64,000 nt of DNA from Candidatus Binatia bacterium. GTDB taxonomy: Bacteria; Chloroflexota; Limnocylindria; QHBO01. The stretch lies in assembly GCA_035512895.1 (NCBI GenBank), contig DATKDB010000104.1, positions 1,818 to 65,817 of the forward strand. The letters run 5' to 3'. Both the position numbers and the translations under genes were made by a program. Of the stretch, positions 28,329 to 37,483 are shown one piece after another; position 1 is the stretch's first letter, and each line of letters starts with the position of its first letter. The notes under the pieces are model-generated. The model made no database searches and was not told where the DNA came from. It saw only the letters and a program-made list of their open reading frames with translations.

Positions 28329-29370
28329 GCTCGAGCAACGAGGGTCGGCCGCTGTAGCCCTCGGTCAGCGCGGCCCCGAGATCGGTGTGCGGCGCCGTGC
28401 CCGCGATCGCCACCGTGACGCCGGCGAGGCGAACGAGGTACGTCGTCGTCTCGTACAGGAGGCCGGAGTGGCCGACGAACCGGTGGTCGCCGATGCGCAG
28501 CAGCTGCGCGCCCTCGCCGTAGAGATGGCCGCTGCGGAAGTCGAGCATCCGACGCAGCGACGGGCCCGAGAGGACGGCCCCGCCATAGAGCGCGTGGCCC
28601 CATCGCGCGAGCTCGCTCGGCCGCGAGACCATGGCACCCGAGGTCCAGAAGGCGGTCGACCAGGCCGCGGGCAGCTGCGGATCGGCCGCGGTCAGGAGTC
28701 GAGTGTGCTCGAGGCCGAGCGGGCCGGTGAACCGCGCCTGGAGCTCCTCGCCGAACGAACGGCCGGTGACGACCTCGATGATGAGCCCGAGCAGGTAGTA
28801 GTTCGTGTTCGAGTACGCGTAGCCGGTCCCCGGCGCGAAGTACGCCGGGCCGATCGGATGGAGGACGGCATTCGAGCTGAGCGTCGCTCCCGGCGCCCCG
28901 TGCAGCACCTCCTTCGCCGGGCGGTACAGATCGGCGATCCCGCTCGTGTGGTTGAGGAGCTGGCGCACCGTCGTGCCGCGGACGAGCGCGACGTTCGGCA
29001 GGTACGCGGCGGTGGGGGCGTCGAGCTGGATGCGTCCCTCGTCGACGAGGGCCAGGACGATGGCCGCCGTGAACGTCTTCGTGACGCTGCCGATCATGAG
29101 CGGGTCGTCGATCATAACGAGCCTGCCGTCGGTATGGCGTCCGGCGGCGCCCGACCACTGGCGACCGTCGGCGGTGACGACCGAGATCGACATGCCGGGC
29201 GCGCCGCTATTCGCCTGCGCGTCGCGAAGGGCCTCCCTGAGCTGGCTCTCGAGGTCCACGTCGACCGCGAAGGCGGGCGTCGGACCGAGGAACGAGGGGA
29301 CGGCGACGATGGCCGCGATCAACGCGGCGACGAGGAGGCGGCAAGGCGCGTCGAAGCAGAGCTTGCGCAA
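28306..29370 (-). CDS. serine hydrolase (beta-lactamase / DD-peptidase family, class C fold)
   Basis: SVTKTF (SxxK), YSNTNY. The signal peptide start is probably a TTG at 29370 with GGAG upstream; the ORF extends to 29505. Confidence 0.75.
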   Translation of the reverse strand: MRKLCFDAPCRLLVAALIAAIVAVPSFLGPTPAFAVDVDLESQLREALRDAQANSGAPGMSISVVTADGRQWSGAAGRHTDGRLVMIDDPLMIGSVTKTFTAAIVLALVDEGRIQLDAPTAAYLPNVALVRGTTVRQLLNHTSGIADLYRPAKEVLHGAPGATLSSNAVLHPIGPAYFAPGTGYAYSNTNYYLLGLIIEVVTGRSFGEELQARFTGPLGLEHTRLLTAADPQLPAAWSTAFWTSGAMVSRPSELARWGHALYGGAVLSGPSLRRMLDFRSGHLYGEGAQLLRIGDHRFVGHSGLLYETTTYLVRLAGVTVAIAGTAPHTDLGAALTEGYSGRPSLLELIGRLAG

Positions 29371-29494
29371 GGGAGGAACACTCCGTGTGCGGTGATGTGT
29401 TGACGTGGATCCGCACACTCGGGAAGGGTGATCTCGGGCCCCCGTGCAGCGATGCATATAGACCAGCATTGCTGCATGTGCTACGGTATATGCG

Positions 29495-29716
29495 ATGCGC
29501 CGCACGTCAATCCTACTCGACCCCGGACTTTTGGCCGAGCTGGAACGGATCGCTCACCGCGAGGACCGGCCGACGGCCCACGTCATCCGCGAGGCGCTCG
29601 ACCGCTACGTGGCGGCCCAGGCGGCCGAGCAGCGCGCGCTCCCCGGCTTCGTGGGGCTCGCAACGGGGCCGGGAACTGACGCGCTGCCGGCGGACGCGGC
29701 CGAGCCCGGGGAGTGA
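29495..29716 (+). CDS. RHH antitoxin (VapB/CopG-like)
   Basis: MRRTSILLDPGLLAELERIAHREDRPTAHVIREALDRYV. Confidence 0.7.
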   Translation: MRRTSILLDPGLLAELERIAHREDRPTAHVIREALDRYVAAQAAEQRALPGFVGLATGPGTDALPADAAEPGE

Positions 29717-30135
29717 CCGCCGTCATCGACGCGCGCATCCTGTACGCCCTCGTCGACAACGCTGACAGCATCCACGATCGGGCCGTCGCCGCTGTGCAGG
29801 GCGAGACCGAGGCGATCATCGTGCCGCAGGCCATCCTGCCGGAGATCTGCTACCTCATCGCCTCGCGACTCGGCGCCGCCCAGGAGGCGGCATTCATCCG
29901 CTACCTTGCCGACTCGGACTGGCGCCTCGAGGCTCTGAATGCACAGGACGTCTCACGCGTCATCGCGCTCATGTCCGAGCACGGGACGGCCGGCATCGGA
30001 TTCGTGCATGCCGCCGTCGCCGCCGTCGCGGAGCGCATGGGCGCGACCCGCATCTACACGCTGAACCGCCGGCACTTCGAGGCGATCCGCCCGAGCCACG
30101 TCAGCCGCTTCGAGCTCCTGCCCGATCCCGACTGA
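29713..30135 (+). CDS. vapC: VapC PIN-domain toxin
   Basis: MTAVIDARILYALVDNADSIHDRA. 4-nt overlap with the antitoxin. Confidence 0.8.
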   Translation: MTAVIDARILYALVDNADSIHDRAVAAVQGETEAIIVPQAILPEICYLIASRLGAAQEAAFIRYLADSDWRLEALNAQDVSRVIALMSEHGTAGIGFVHAAVAAVAERMGATRIYTLNRRHFEAIRPSHVSRFELLPDPD

Positions 30136-30148
30136 TCTGCCCGGCGCG

Positions 30149-31063
30149 TTACGAGCAGCGGTGGTTCACGTCGAGATCGTTCTCGACCCACTGCACCATG
30201 GCCAGCTCGCCACCGTTGAAGGCCTCGTCGTCGTCACAGCGACGCCGAGCATCGTCGAGATCGCGCGCGCCGGCATGCCAGGCCGGGTGGTCGGCGAAGG
30301 CCTGCGTGCCACCGGTCACCATCCACCACAGCAGCGGCGTGGAGTAGAACCCGATCTCGGCCACCTCCATCGACTTGAGGTAGTCGACGGCGCCCTGGAG
30401 GGCGGCGACGTTGAGGGACCGATCGAGGCGCCACGAGTTGGCGATCTCCACGTCGAGCCACCACGTCCGGTCGCCCGGGACGCGCTCGGCGCCCGGCGAC
30501 GCCCATCCGAGCGCGATGAACGCCTCGAGGGCGGTGCGGTACGAGTCGGCGGCGGCGTTCCAGCCGTAGACGTACGCGCAATCGGACGTATCGGTTTCGG
30601 AGAAGGGCGACGTGCTGCACGCGCGTGGCGCCTCCTGCCCGGTCGGCCAGAAGCTGGAGATCTCCGGGCCGGGGTTGCCGGTGTTGATGTACAGGTCGGC
30701 ATCGGCGCCGGCCCACTCGAGCAGGCTCGGGTGGTCGCCACCCGGCCCGAGGCACGGGTTCGGAAGGTGCACGCGTCCACCATTCACGCCGACGATGGCG
30801 AAGGCGAACGCGTCCGGCAGCGCGTCGCCGCACTGCGGATACGAGACGTCGTAGCCGATCTCGACAGCAGGCGTGGGAGCCGGCTTCGGGGTGGGAGTCG
30901 GCTGCGGCCGGACGGGACGCGGGGTGGGCTGCGGGTCGATCGGGTCGAGCGGCTCGACGCCAGCGACCGGCGCGGCGGCGGTTCCGAGCAGCACGAAAGC
31001 GCCGAGCGCCATGACGAGGACGCGACGAGGCAGACTGGATGTACGGAAAACGGACAGATGCAT
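30149..31063 (-). CDS. secreted glycoside-hydrolase-like protein (GH25/DUF1906-type), Pro/Thr-rich linker
   Basis: Signal peptide MHLSVFRTSSLPRRVLVMALGAFVLLGTAAAPVAG. GYDVSYPQCG motif. Confidence 0.5.
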   Translation of the reverse strand: MHLSVFRTSSLPRRVLVMALGAFVLLGTAAAPVAGVEPLDPIDPQPTPRPVRPQPTPTPKPAPTPAVEIGYDVSYPQCGDALPDAFAFAIVGVNGGRVHLPNPCLGPGGDHPSLLEWAGADADLYINTGNPGPEISSFWPTGQEAPRACSTSPFSETDTSDCAYVYGWNAAADSYRTALEAFIALGWASPGAERVPGDRTWWLDVEIANSWRLDRSLNVAALQGAVDYLKSMEVAEIGFYSTPLLWWMVTGGTQAFADHPAWHAGARDLDDARRRCDDDEAFNGGELAMVQWVENDLDVNHRCS

Positions 31064-31161
31064 CGGGTTTGGGAACACCCTACCGCGATCGGCGACCGAC
31101 CGCAATGACCCGCGTGGCCGGCGGGTACCATCCGCGAGTTCATTTCCCGCAGGAGAACGTC

Positions 31162-31524
31162 ATGGCCAAGCTCCTCGTGCACCTGACCGCCGGCCCGCAC
31201 GACCCGACCCGCGCCGCCCTCGCCTTGCTCGTCGCGCGGACCGCCGCGGCCGGCGGGCACGAGGTGTCCGTCTTCCTCGCCGGCGACTCGGTCGCCTACC
31301 TGCGCGACCCGATCATGGACGCCGCGCAGGGCATCGGGACCGGCAGCGTTCGGGAGCACTACACGGCGCTCGCGGCAGCCGGCGTGCGCGTCTTCGCGTC
31401 GGGCATGTCGAGCAAGGCCCGCGGCGTCGACGCCGATGCGACCGGCGGCAAGCCGGTCGAGTTCGCGCCACCGGACAAGCTCGTGGAGCTCATCTTCGAG
31501 GCGGACCGCGTCGTCACGTACTGA
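31162..31524 (+). CDS. DsrE/DsrF-like family protein
   Basis: MAKLLVHLTAGPHDPTRAALALLVARTAAAGGHEVSVFLAGDSV. GGAGAA upstream of the start. Confidence 0.65.
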   Translation: MAKLLVHLTAGPHDPTRAALALLVARTAAAGGHEVSVFLAGDSVAYLRDPIMDAAQGIGTGSVREHYTALAAAGVRVFASGMSSKARGVDADATGGKPVEFAPPDKLVELIFEADRVVTY

Positions 31525-31595
31525 GGCTTCCGTCTTGCGGGGCTGACGGGCGCGGGCGTATCGTTCGGCCCTGCCCGGCGGAAGGAGATCACGAG

Positions 31596-33620
31596 CTGTT
31601 CGAGCCGCTCGAATTCGTCGCCCACGGCGCGACCGCCATCCTGGCCACATGGCTGGGCCTGCTCGTCGTGACCCGGGCGCGCCGGACGCCGGGCGCACCG
31701 ATCTTCGGGTTCCTCTGTTTCCTGCTCGTCACGTGGTGCGTCGCGATCATCATCCAGCGGCTCGGCCCGGCGGAGAGCATCATTCAGCCGGTCAACCTGC
31801 TCGAGGATGCCGCCGCCTTCCTCCTCGTGCCGGCGACGACCCACATCGCCATCTCGGTCGCCGTGGAGGGGCGCCGGTCGGCCTTCGCCAGCGTCGTCCT
31901 GGCGGCCGGGTACACGCTCGCGGCCCTCGCGATCGCGCAGGCGGCGCTCGACCCGGCGCACCCGATCCAGTTCACCCACCCCGCCTTCTCGCCACTCGGC
32001 ATCCCCGCGCCGGTCGTGGCGTGGGCGTTCGCCATCGCCCGCCTCGCCATCTGGTCGGCGGGCATCGGCTACCTCGTCGCCGCCCTGCGCCAGGCGGGAG
32101 CGGACCGCGCGCGCCGACGGCAGCTGGCGGTCGCGACGGCCACGGTCGTCCTCGGCGTCATCGGCGGGATGCTGCGCATCGTTCCCGAGGAGCTCGGCGG
32201 GCCGCGCTGGATCGGTGTTTCGCTCATCGCGATCGCGACCGTGCTGGCGACGTACGCCGTCGTGGCGCAGCACGTCTTCCTGGCGCCCGAGGTCGCCGGC
32301 CGTGCCGTGCGCTGGTCGCTCGTCGCCGGCCTGGGCGTCGTCGTCTACGTCGCGACCCTCGTCCTGCTCGAGGAGGCGACGGCCCGGCTGCTCGGAATCG
32401 ACTTCCCGATCATCACGCCGCTCGCCATCGTCGTAACCCTCGCCCTCTTCGAGCCGATCTCCGACCTCGTTCGGACACGGACCGCGGAGAGCCCGCGGGC
32501 CGCGGCACGCGATCGGTTCCTCGGCGCGCTCGGCATGGGCTCGATGCCTCGGCAGGAGCCCGACGTCGCGCTCGGCCCTGCCCTCGACCGGCTCGTCCGC
32601 ACGTTCGAGATCACCGGAGCCGAGCTCGTCGTCGATGGCGCGCCGGCCGCGTCGAGCGGGACCGTGGATCCCGACGACCCCCTCGCCGTGCGCCTGACGC
32701 TGACCCACGACGACGCGCCCTTCGGCCACGCCGTCTTCGGCCGCAAGCAGAGCGGGCTCTCGTTCACGCCCCCCGACCTCGAGGCGCTCGAGCTGGCCGT
32801 CTCGTATCTCGGCTCCGGCCTGCGCCTCGCCGAGCAAGGCGAGGAGCAGGCCGCGGCGCTCCAGCAGCTGCGGGCCGAGCGCGCCGTGCACGAGTCTCGC
32901 GGGACGGCGCTGAGCGAGGCCCTCGCCGACGCGGCGACGCCACCCCAAGGCCTGCGTGTCTACGCGCTCGGCTCACTGCGCGCCGAGCTGGACGGCGAGC
33001 CGGTGCGGCGATGGGGTGGCGAGAAGGCCGGCTCGCGGCAGGCCGAGGCGATCTTCGCGTTCCTCTTCGATCGCGGTGAGCGCGGGGTGGCGAAGGACGA
33101 GATCCTCGAGCTCGTCTGGCCGGACGTCGACCTCGCTCGCGCCGACGTCGCGTTCCATCGCACGATGCTCGGCCTGCGATCCGTGCTGCGACCCGCACGG
33201 CGACACCGCGGCACGGAGGGCGTCATCAGCTTCGCGAACGATCGGTATCGCCTCGAGCCGTCCGTCGTGGCGTGGAGCGACGTCGACAACTTCGAGCGTC
33301 TCGTGGCCGAGTCGATCGACGCCGAACCGGACGCGGCGGTCCGCCTCCTCGAGCAGGCCCGCGCGCTCTACCGCGGCGACTATCTTGACGACTGCCCCTT
33401 CTACGGGGACAGCGCGCCGGTCGAAGATCGGCGAACCGACCTGCGCCAGCGGTACGTCGATGTCCTCGTCGAGCTCGGCGAGCACTACGCCGGACGCGGT
33501 AACCGCACGGCTGCGGCGGCCTGCCTGCGCCAGGCACAGAGCACGGCCGACGAGGACCTGCCCCGCGTCACCGAGGCACTCGGGCGGCTGACCCTTCCGG
33601 CGGTTGCCGACTCCGCCTGA
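31596..33620 (+). CDS. membrane-anchored (about 8 TM) regulator with C-terminal SARP-type winged-helix plus BTAD domain
   Basis: C-terminus LRVYALGSLRAELDGEPVRRWGGEKAGSRQAEAIFAFL...ILELVWPD...RALYRGDYLDD. The start is uncertain. Confidence 0.6.
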   Translation: MFEPLEFVAHGATAILATWLGLLVVTRARRTPGAPIFGFLCFLLVTWCVAIIIQRLGPAESIIQPVNLLEDAAAFLLVPATTHIAISVAVEGRRSAFASVVLAAGYTLAALAIAQAALDPAHPIQFTHPAFSPLGIPAPVVAWAFAIARLAIWSAGIGYLVAALRQAGADRARRRQLAVATATVVLGVIGGMLRIVPEELGGPRWIGVSLIAIATVLATYAVVAQHVFLAPEVAGRAVRWSLVAGLGVVVYVATLVLLEEATARLLGIDFPIITPLAIVVTLALFEPISDLVRTRTAESPRAAARDRFLGALGMGSMPRQEPDVALGPALDRLVRTFEITGAELVVDGAPAASSGTVDPDDPLAVRLTLTHDDAPFGHAVFGRKQSGLSFTPPDLEALELAVSYLGSGLRLAEQGEEQAAALQQLRAERAVHESRGTALSEALADAATPPQGLRVYALGSLRAELDGEPVRRWGGEKAGSRQAEAIFAFLFDRGERGVAKDEILELVWPDVDLARADVAFHRTMLGLRSVLRPARRHRGTEGVISFANDRYRLEPSVVAWSDVDNFERLVAESIDAEPDAAVRLLEQARALYRGDYLDDCPFYGDSAPVEDRRTDLRQRYVDVLVELGEHYAGRGNRTAAAACLRQAQSTADEDLPRVTEALGRLTLPAVADSA

Positions 33621-33697
33621 CACGAAGAATGACCGGCGCCTCCACCGTGGGAGACGCCGGTCGATCGGTGTGGTCCGGGCGTGAGAGCGCCCTCGAG

Positions 33698-34537
33698 CTA
33701 CGGAGTGGGCTCGCGGGGCGGCGTGCTCGGCTCCGGGTTCGTGGCCGAGCCGCCACCTGGCGGGGAGCCCGTCGCGGGGGCGGTTGCCGCCGTGCCGGTG
33801 CCAGATGAGCCGGTCGACGACTGCGACTGGTACCGGGCGACCTTCTGGCTGGCCGCACGGCCCTTCTCGTACCAGCCGGCCGTGATCTGGGCGGCGGTCT
33901 GCTGCCCACCGAGGCCGAAGGCGAGGCCGACGGCCAGGACGACGAGCGCCACGAGGCCGATGAAGAGCGTGTTGACGACCGTCGCGGCGATGCCGAGCTG
34001 GTTGACGGCCGCGATGATCGCGAACGCGAGGATCGCGTAGTACGACACGCTTCCGAGCAGCTCGGAGTTGCTGAAGCCCATCTGACTTGTCGAGCCGCGC
34101 ACGAGACCGCCGACGAAGCGGGCGATGAGCGCCCCGATGACGATGATCGCGATCGCGACGACGAGGTTCGGCAGCCAGAGCAGGATCGCGTTGATGATCG
34201 AGCTGATCTGGTTCAAGCCGAGGATCGAGGCCGCGGCCTGGATCGCGATCAGGCGGATGAACCACTTGATGATCTCGGCCACGATCGCGCTCGCGGTCCA
34301 GCTCGATCCGCTGCGCTCGATGAACGAGCTGATCCCGGTTGTCTGCGCCGCACGCTCGAAGCCGACCATCTTCAGGCCGCGCTCGACGAGGCCGGCGAGG
34401 AGGCCGGCGAGGAACCAGCCGATGATGAGGATGAGGATCGCGCCGACGAGCGCGGGAAGGAACCCGAGGAAGTTCTGAAGGGCCTCGGTGGCCGACACCA
34501 TGACGGCGTCGCCCCAATTCTGGACGGTGTTTTCCAT
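33698..34537 (-). CDS. membrane protein with conserved TM-helix repeats (MscS-N-terminal-like), Ser/Thr/Pro-rich tail
   Basis: AGGAGAA SD. MENTVQNWGDAVMVSATEALQNFLGFLPALVGAILILIIGWFLAG. Confidence 0.6.
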   Translation of the reverse strand: MENTVQNWGDAVMVSATEALQNFLGFLPALVGAILILIIGWFLAGLLAGLVERGLKMVGFERAAQTTGISSFIERSGSSWTASAIVAEIIKWFIRLIAIQAAASILGLNQISSIINAILLWLPNLVVAIAIIVIGALIARFVGGLVRGSTSQMGFSNSELLGSVSYYAILAFAIIAAVNQLGIAATVVNTLFIGLVALVVLAVGLAFGLGGQQTAAQITAGWYEKGRAASQKVARYQSQSSTGSSGTGTAATAPATGSPPGGGSATNPEPSTPPREPTP

Positions 34538-34568
34538 GTTGGGCGTTCTCCTGTGACGGGCGTCTAGC

Positions 34569-34991
34569 CTACCGGGGTTGCATGTCACGTGCCCCGTCGA
34601 TTGCGCGCCGGACGCTCTCGAGCAGGCGGTCGACGTTGAGCGGCTTGCGCAGGACGGCGACGGCCTCGAGCGTCTCGCTCGGCCGCTGCCAGTACGCCGA
34701 GAGCACGATGACCGGGATCCTCGTGAGCTCGTGCCGTCGCAGCATCTGCGACCGCAGCGTGAACCCGGACATCCCCGGCATGAACAGGTCGGTGATCACG
34801 AGGTCTGGCAGGCGCTCGACCATCTCGGTGAGCGCCAGACCTCCCGACGCGACGGCGATGACTTCGTAGCCCTCCGCCTCGAGGACCTCCCGCAGCATGG
34901 CGCGCATCTCGACCGAGTCATCGGCGACGAGGACGACGGGGCGCTGGCCGGGCGGCCGTACCTCGACTGGCTGGGCTTCGATGTGCTGCAT
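34569..34991 (-). CDS. single-domain response regulator (CheY-like receiver)
   Basis: VVLVADDSVEMR...DLVITDLFMPGMSG...VIVLSAY. Confidence 0.75.
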   Translation of the reverse strand: MQHIEAQPVEVRPPGQRPVVLVADDSVEMRAMLREVLEAEGYEVIAVASGGLALTEMVERLPDLVITDLFMPGMSGFTLRSQMLRRHELTRIPVIVLSAYWQRPSETLEAVAVLRKPLNVDRLLESVRRAIDGARDMQPR

Positions 34992-35051
34992 CGGTGGATC
35001 TCTGGGTGGCGCGGTTGCCCGCGACAACGCAATCTCCATGCCGCGTCCGTC

Positions 35052-35714
35052 ATGATGTGGAGCATGCCGCCGTCCTGCTGCACGCCCGACTACGACGCCG
35101 CGTTCGACGCGCGATCCGCGCGACGGCAGGCGCTGGCCTATCGCCGATCCGGCGCCGGGGGGAGCACGCTGCGCCTCCTGAACGCGATCCGCGAGACCGA
35201 GGTCGCGGGCGCAGCGGTGCTGGACATCGGCGGCGGCATCGGCGTCATCGGTCTCGAGCTGCTGGCCGCCGGAGCCGCCTCGCTGACGAGCGTCGACGCC
35301 TCGCGGCCGTCAGTGGCCGTCGCCAAGGGGGAGTTGCAGCGCGCTGGCTTGGCGGACCGCGCAACCGTGCGGCATGGCGACTTCGTTGAGCTCGCCGGCG
35401 AGATCGAGGCGGCCGACGTCGTGACGCTCGACCGCGTCGTGTGCTGCTACGGCGATTGGCGAGCGCTCGTGGACGCATCAGTCTCGCATGCCCGGCGAGT
35501 CATCGGCCTCGTCTATCCGAACGAGCGGTGGTGGATGCGCGCCGGCATCGGCATCGGCAACCTCATGCTGCGGCTCGTCGGCCAGTCGTTCCGTGGCTAC
35601 GTGCACCCGGAGCGCGCGATCGACGATCGGATCCGGCGTGCGGGCTTCGAGCGGCGCACGCATCACCGCGGGTGGCTGTGGCAGACCGTGCTGTACGAGC
35701 GGGCGGCGCGCTGA
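35052..35714 (+). CDS. class I SAM-dependent methyltransferase
   Basis: VLDIGGGIGVIGLELL glycine-rich SAM motif. Confidence 0.7.
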   Translation: MMWSMPPSCCTPDYDAAFDARSARRQALAYRRSGAGGSTLRLLNAIRETEVAGAAVLDIGGGIGVIGLELLAAGAASLTSVDASRPSVAVAKGELQRAGLADRATVRHGDFVELAGEIEAADVVTLDRVVCCYGDWRALVDASVSHARRVIGLVYPNERWWMRAGIGIGNLMLRLVGQSFRGYVHPERAIDDRIRRAGFERRTHHRGWLWQTVLYERAAR

Positions 35715-35759
35715 GTCCGGCGCGCTAACGGCGATTGACGAGCACTCATGGAGGCATCG

Positions 35760-35950
35760 GTCTCGCATGCCCGGGGGCTCAAGCCGCGTGCCGCATGCCT
35801 CTGGGGACTCTAACGGCCTGCGGATGGCGGAATATGCGGCCGGTGCATCGGTTCGCCAAGGTTAGGCATCGTCGTTGACGGTGGCAGGGATCGGCGCGCA
35901 TGCATCGGCCATTACGTGGCTGTAAGAGTCACGGGGTGGATGCGGGACGA
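35760..35950 (-). repeat. Copy E of the structured repeat (most divergent)
   Basis: GGACTCTAACGGCCTGCGGATGGCGG...GCGCATGCATCGGCC...GCTGTAAGAGTCACGGGGTGGATGCGG. Confidence 0.55.
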
Positions 35951-35995
35951 AGGGGCTGTGCCGCACGCTGAGCCCGGTCCACTGAACCGAACGAC

Positions 35996-37435
35996 CTAGC
36001 GGGCGTAGCGGACGCCGGCCCCGCGGCGTTCCTTGTTTAGGCGCCGGTTCAGGTGCAGCCCCTCGAGCACGAACTCGATGGCGGACGCGCGCCCGGCGGC
36101 CGACTCGCCGGCGTCGAGGCGGGCGATCGCCGATCCCAGCTCCGCGACCGCGCTCACGAGCTCGCCGTGCGCCGACGACGGCACGAACTCCCCGACCTCC
36201 GCCTCCAGGCCCTCGGTCTCGAACCGCTCGATGAGCGGCATGAGCTCGGCCAGCGCAAAGTGGCGGTTGAAGACGTTCACGACCGCTCGCGCCACGAGCT
36301 TCTCGACGACGCGGTCCTCGCGCGTCTCGTCGCCGAGCGTCTCGAGCTCGATCTTTCCGGCCGTCGAGGCCACGACGGCGGGCAGGTCGCTGATCCGCGG
36401 TGCCGCCGACGGCTCGCCGAGGCGAACCGCCCGCTTCAGCGCGGCCGCGCCGAGCGTCTCGTGATTCGAGATCGTGACGCGCACCGACACGCCGGAACGT
36501 TGCGACACCTCCGACGAGCGTCGGGCCAGCTGCGACAGCTCGGCGACGATCTCCTTCATGAATCCCGGCGTCTGCACCGGGACCGATGCCGGCGTGCCCT
36601 CGGCGGCGTCCTCGAACACCGAGGCCTCGCCCTCCATGATCGCGATCTCGGTCGCCGCCTCCTCGGGGTAATGCGTCCGGATCTGAGCCCCGAACCGGTC
36701 CTTGAGCGGCGTGATGATCCGGCCGCGGCTCGTGTAGTCCTCCGGGTTGGCCGACGCGATGACGAACAGGTCGAGCTCGAGGCGGACGCGGTACCCGCGA
36801 ACCTGGACGTCGCGCTCCTCCATCACGTTGAGCAGGCCGACCTGGATCCGCTCCGCGAGGTCGGGCAGCTCGTTGAGGCTGAAGATGCCGCGATGCGTCC
36901 GTGGCAGGAGCCCGTAGTGGATCGTCAGCTCGTCGGACAGATAACGGCCCTCGGCCACCTTGACGGGATCCACCTCGCCGATGAGGTCGGCGATGCTGAT
37001 GTCCGGGGTGCTGAGCTTCTCGCTGTACCGATCCTGCGCGGCCCACCAGCCGATCGGCGTCGCGTCGCCGTGCTTCGCGACGATGCTGCGTGCGAGCGGC
37101 GAGACCGGATGGAACGGGTCGTCGTGGAGCTCGGTGCCGGCCACGTACGGCAGCCACGGATCGAGCAGGTCCACGAGGGCGCGCGCGATGCGGCTCTTCG
37201 CCTGGCCCCGCTCGCCGAGGAGGATGACGTCCTGGCCGGCGAGGATCGCGTTCTCGAGCTGCGGCAGGACGGTCTCGTCGTATCCGAGGATGCCCGACAG
37301 GAACGGGTCGCCGGCCCGGACGCGGTCGAGCAGGTTGCCGCGCATCTCGGCCTTGACGGTCCGCGAGCGCCAGCCGGCGGAGCGCAGCTCACCGAGGGTC
37401 GTGTCTGCGGGGTGCTGGGTCGCGGGCTCGGGCAT
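35996..37435 (-). CDS. AAA+ ATPase, Mg-chelatase ChlI-like (VWA-partnered type)
   Basis: ILGYDETVLPQLENAILAGQDVILLGERGQAKSRIARALVDLL, compared with ChlI IVGQE...GDRGTGKST.VRAL.DLL. Sensor-2-type C-terminus. Confidence 0.8.
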   Translation of the reverse strand: MPEPATQHPADTTLGELRSAGWRSRTVKAEMRGNLLDRVRAGDPFLSGILGYDETVLPQLENAILAGQDVILLGERGQAKSRIARALVDLLDPWLPYVAGTELHDDPFHPVSPLARSIVAKHGDATPIGWWAAQDRYSEKLSTPDISIADLIGEVDPVKVAEGRYLSDELTIHYGLLPRTHRGIFSLNELPDLAERIQVGLLNVMEERDVQVRGYRVRLELDLFVIASANPEDYTSRGRIITPLKDRFGAQIRTHYPEEAATEIAIMEGEASVFEDAAEGTPASVPVQTPGFMKEIVAELSQLARRSSEVSQRSGVSVRVTISNHETLGAAALKRAVRLGEPSAAPRISDLPAVVASTAGKIELETLGDETREDRVVEKLVARAVVNVFNRHFALAELMPLIERFETEGLEAEVGEFVPSSAHGELVSAVAELGSAIARLDAGESAAGRASAIEFVLEGLHLNRRLNKERRGAGVRYAR

Positions 37436-37483
37436 CAGGCGCAGAGGCTAGCACCCGCGCGGCACAACGGCTATGGGGGCCGA

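Noticed and set aside
30873-31595. N-terminal 240 codons of the 915-aa ORF
   Set aside because: It overlaps the DsrE gene and the end of the secreted hydrolase gene in other frames. The sequence is Gly/Arg-rich with no features. The true regulator begins after the DsrE stop.
35862-37157. 431-aa reverse-strand ORF in an alternative frame of the ChlI-like ATPase gene
   Set aside because: It overlaps the ATPase gene and repeat copy E, and the translation is low-complexity.
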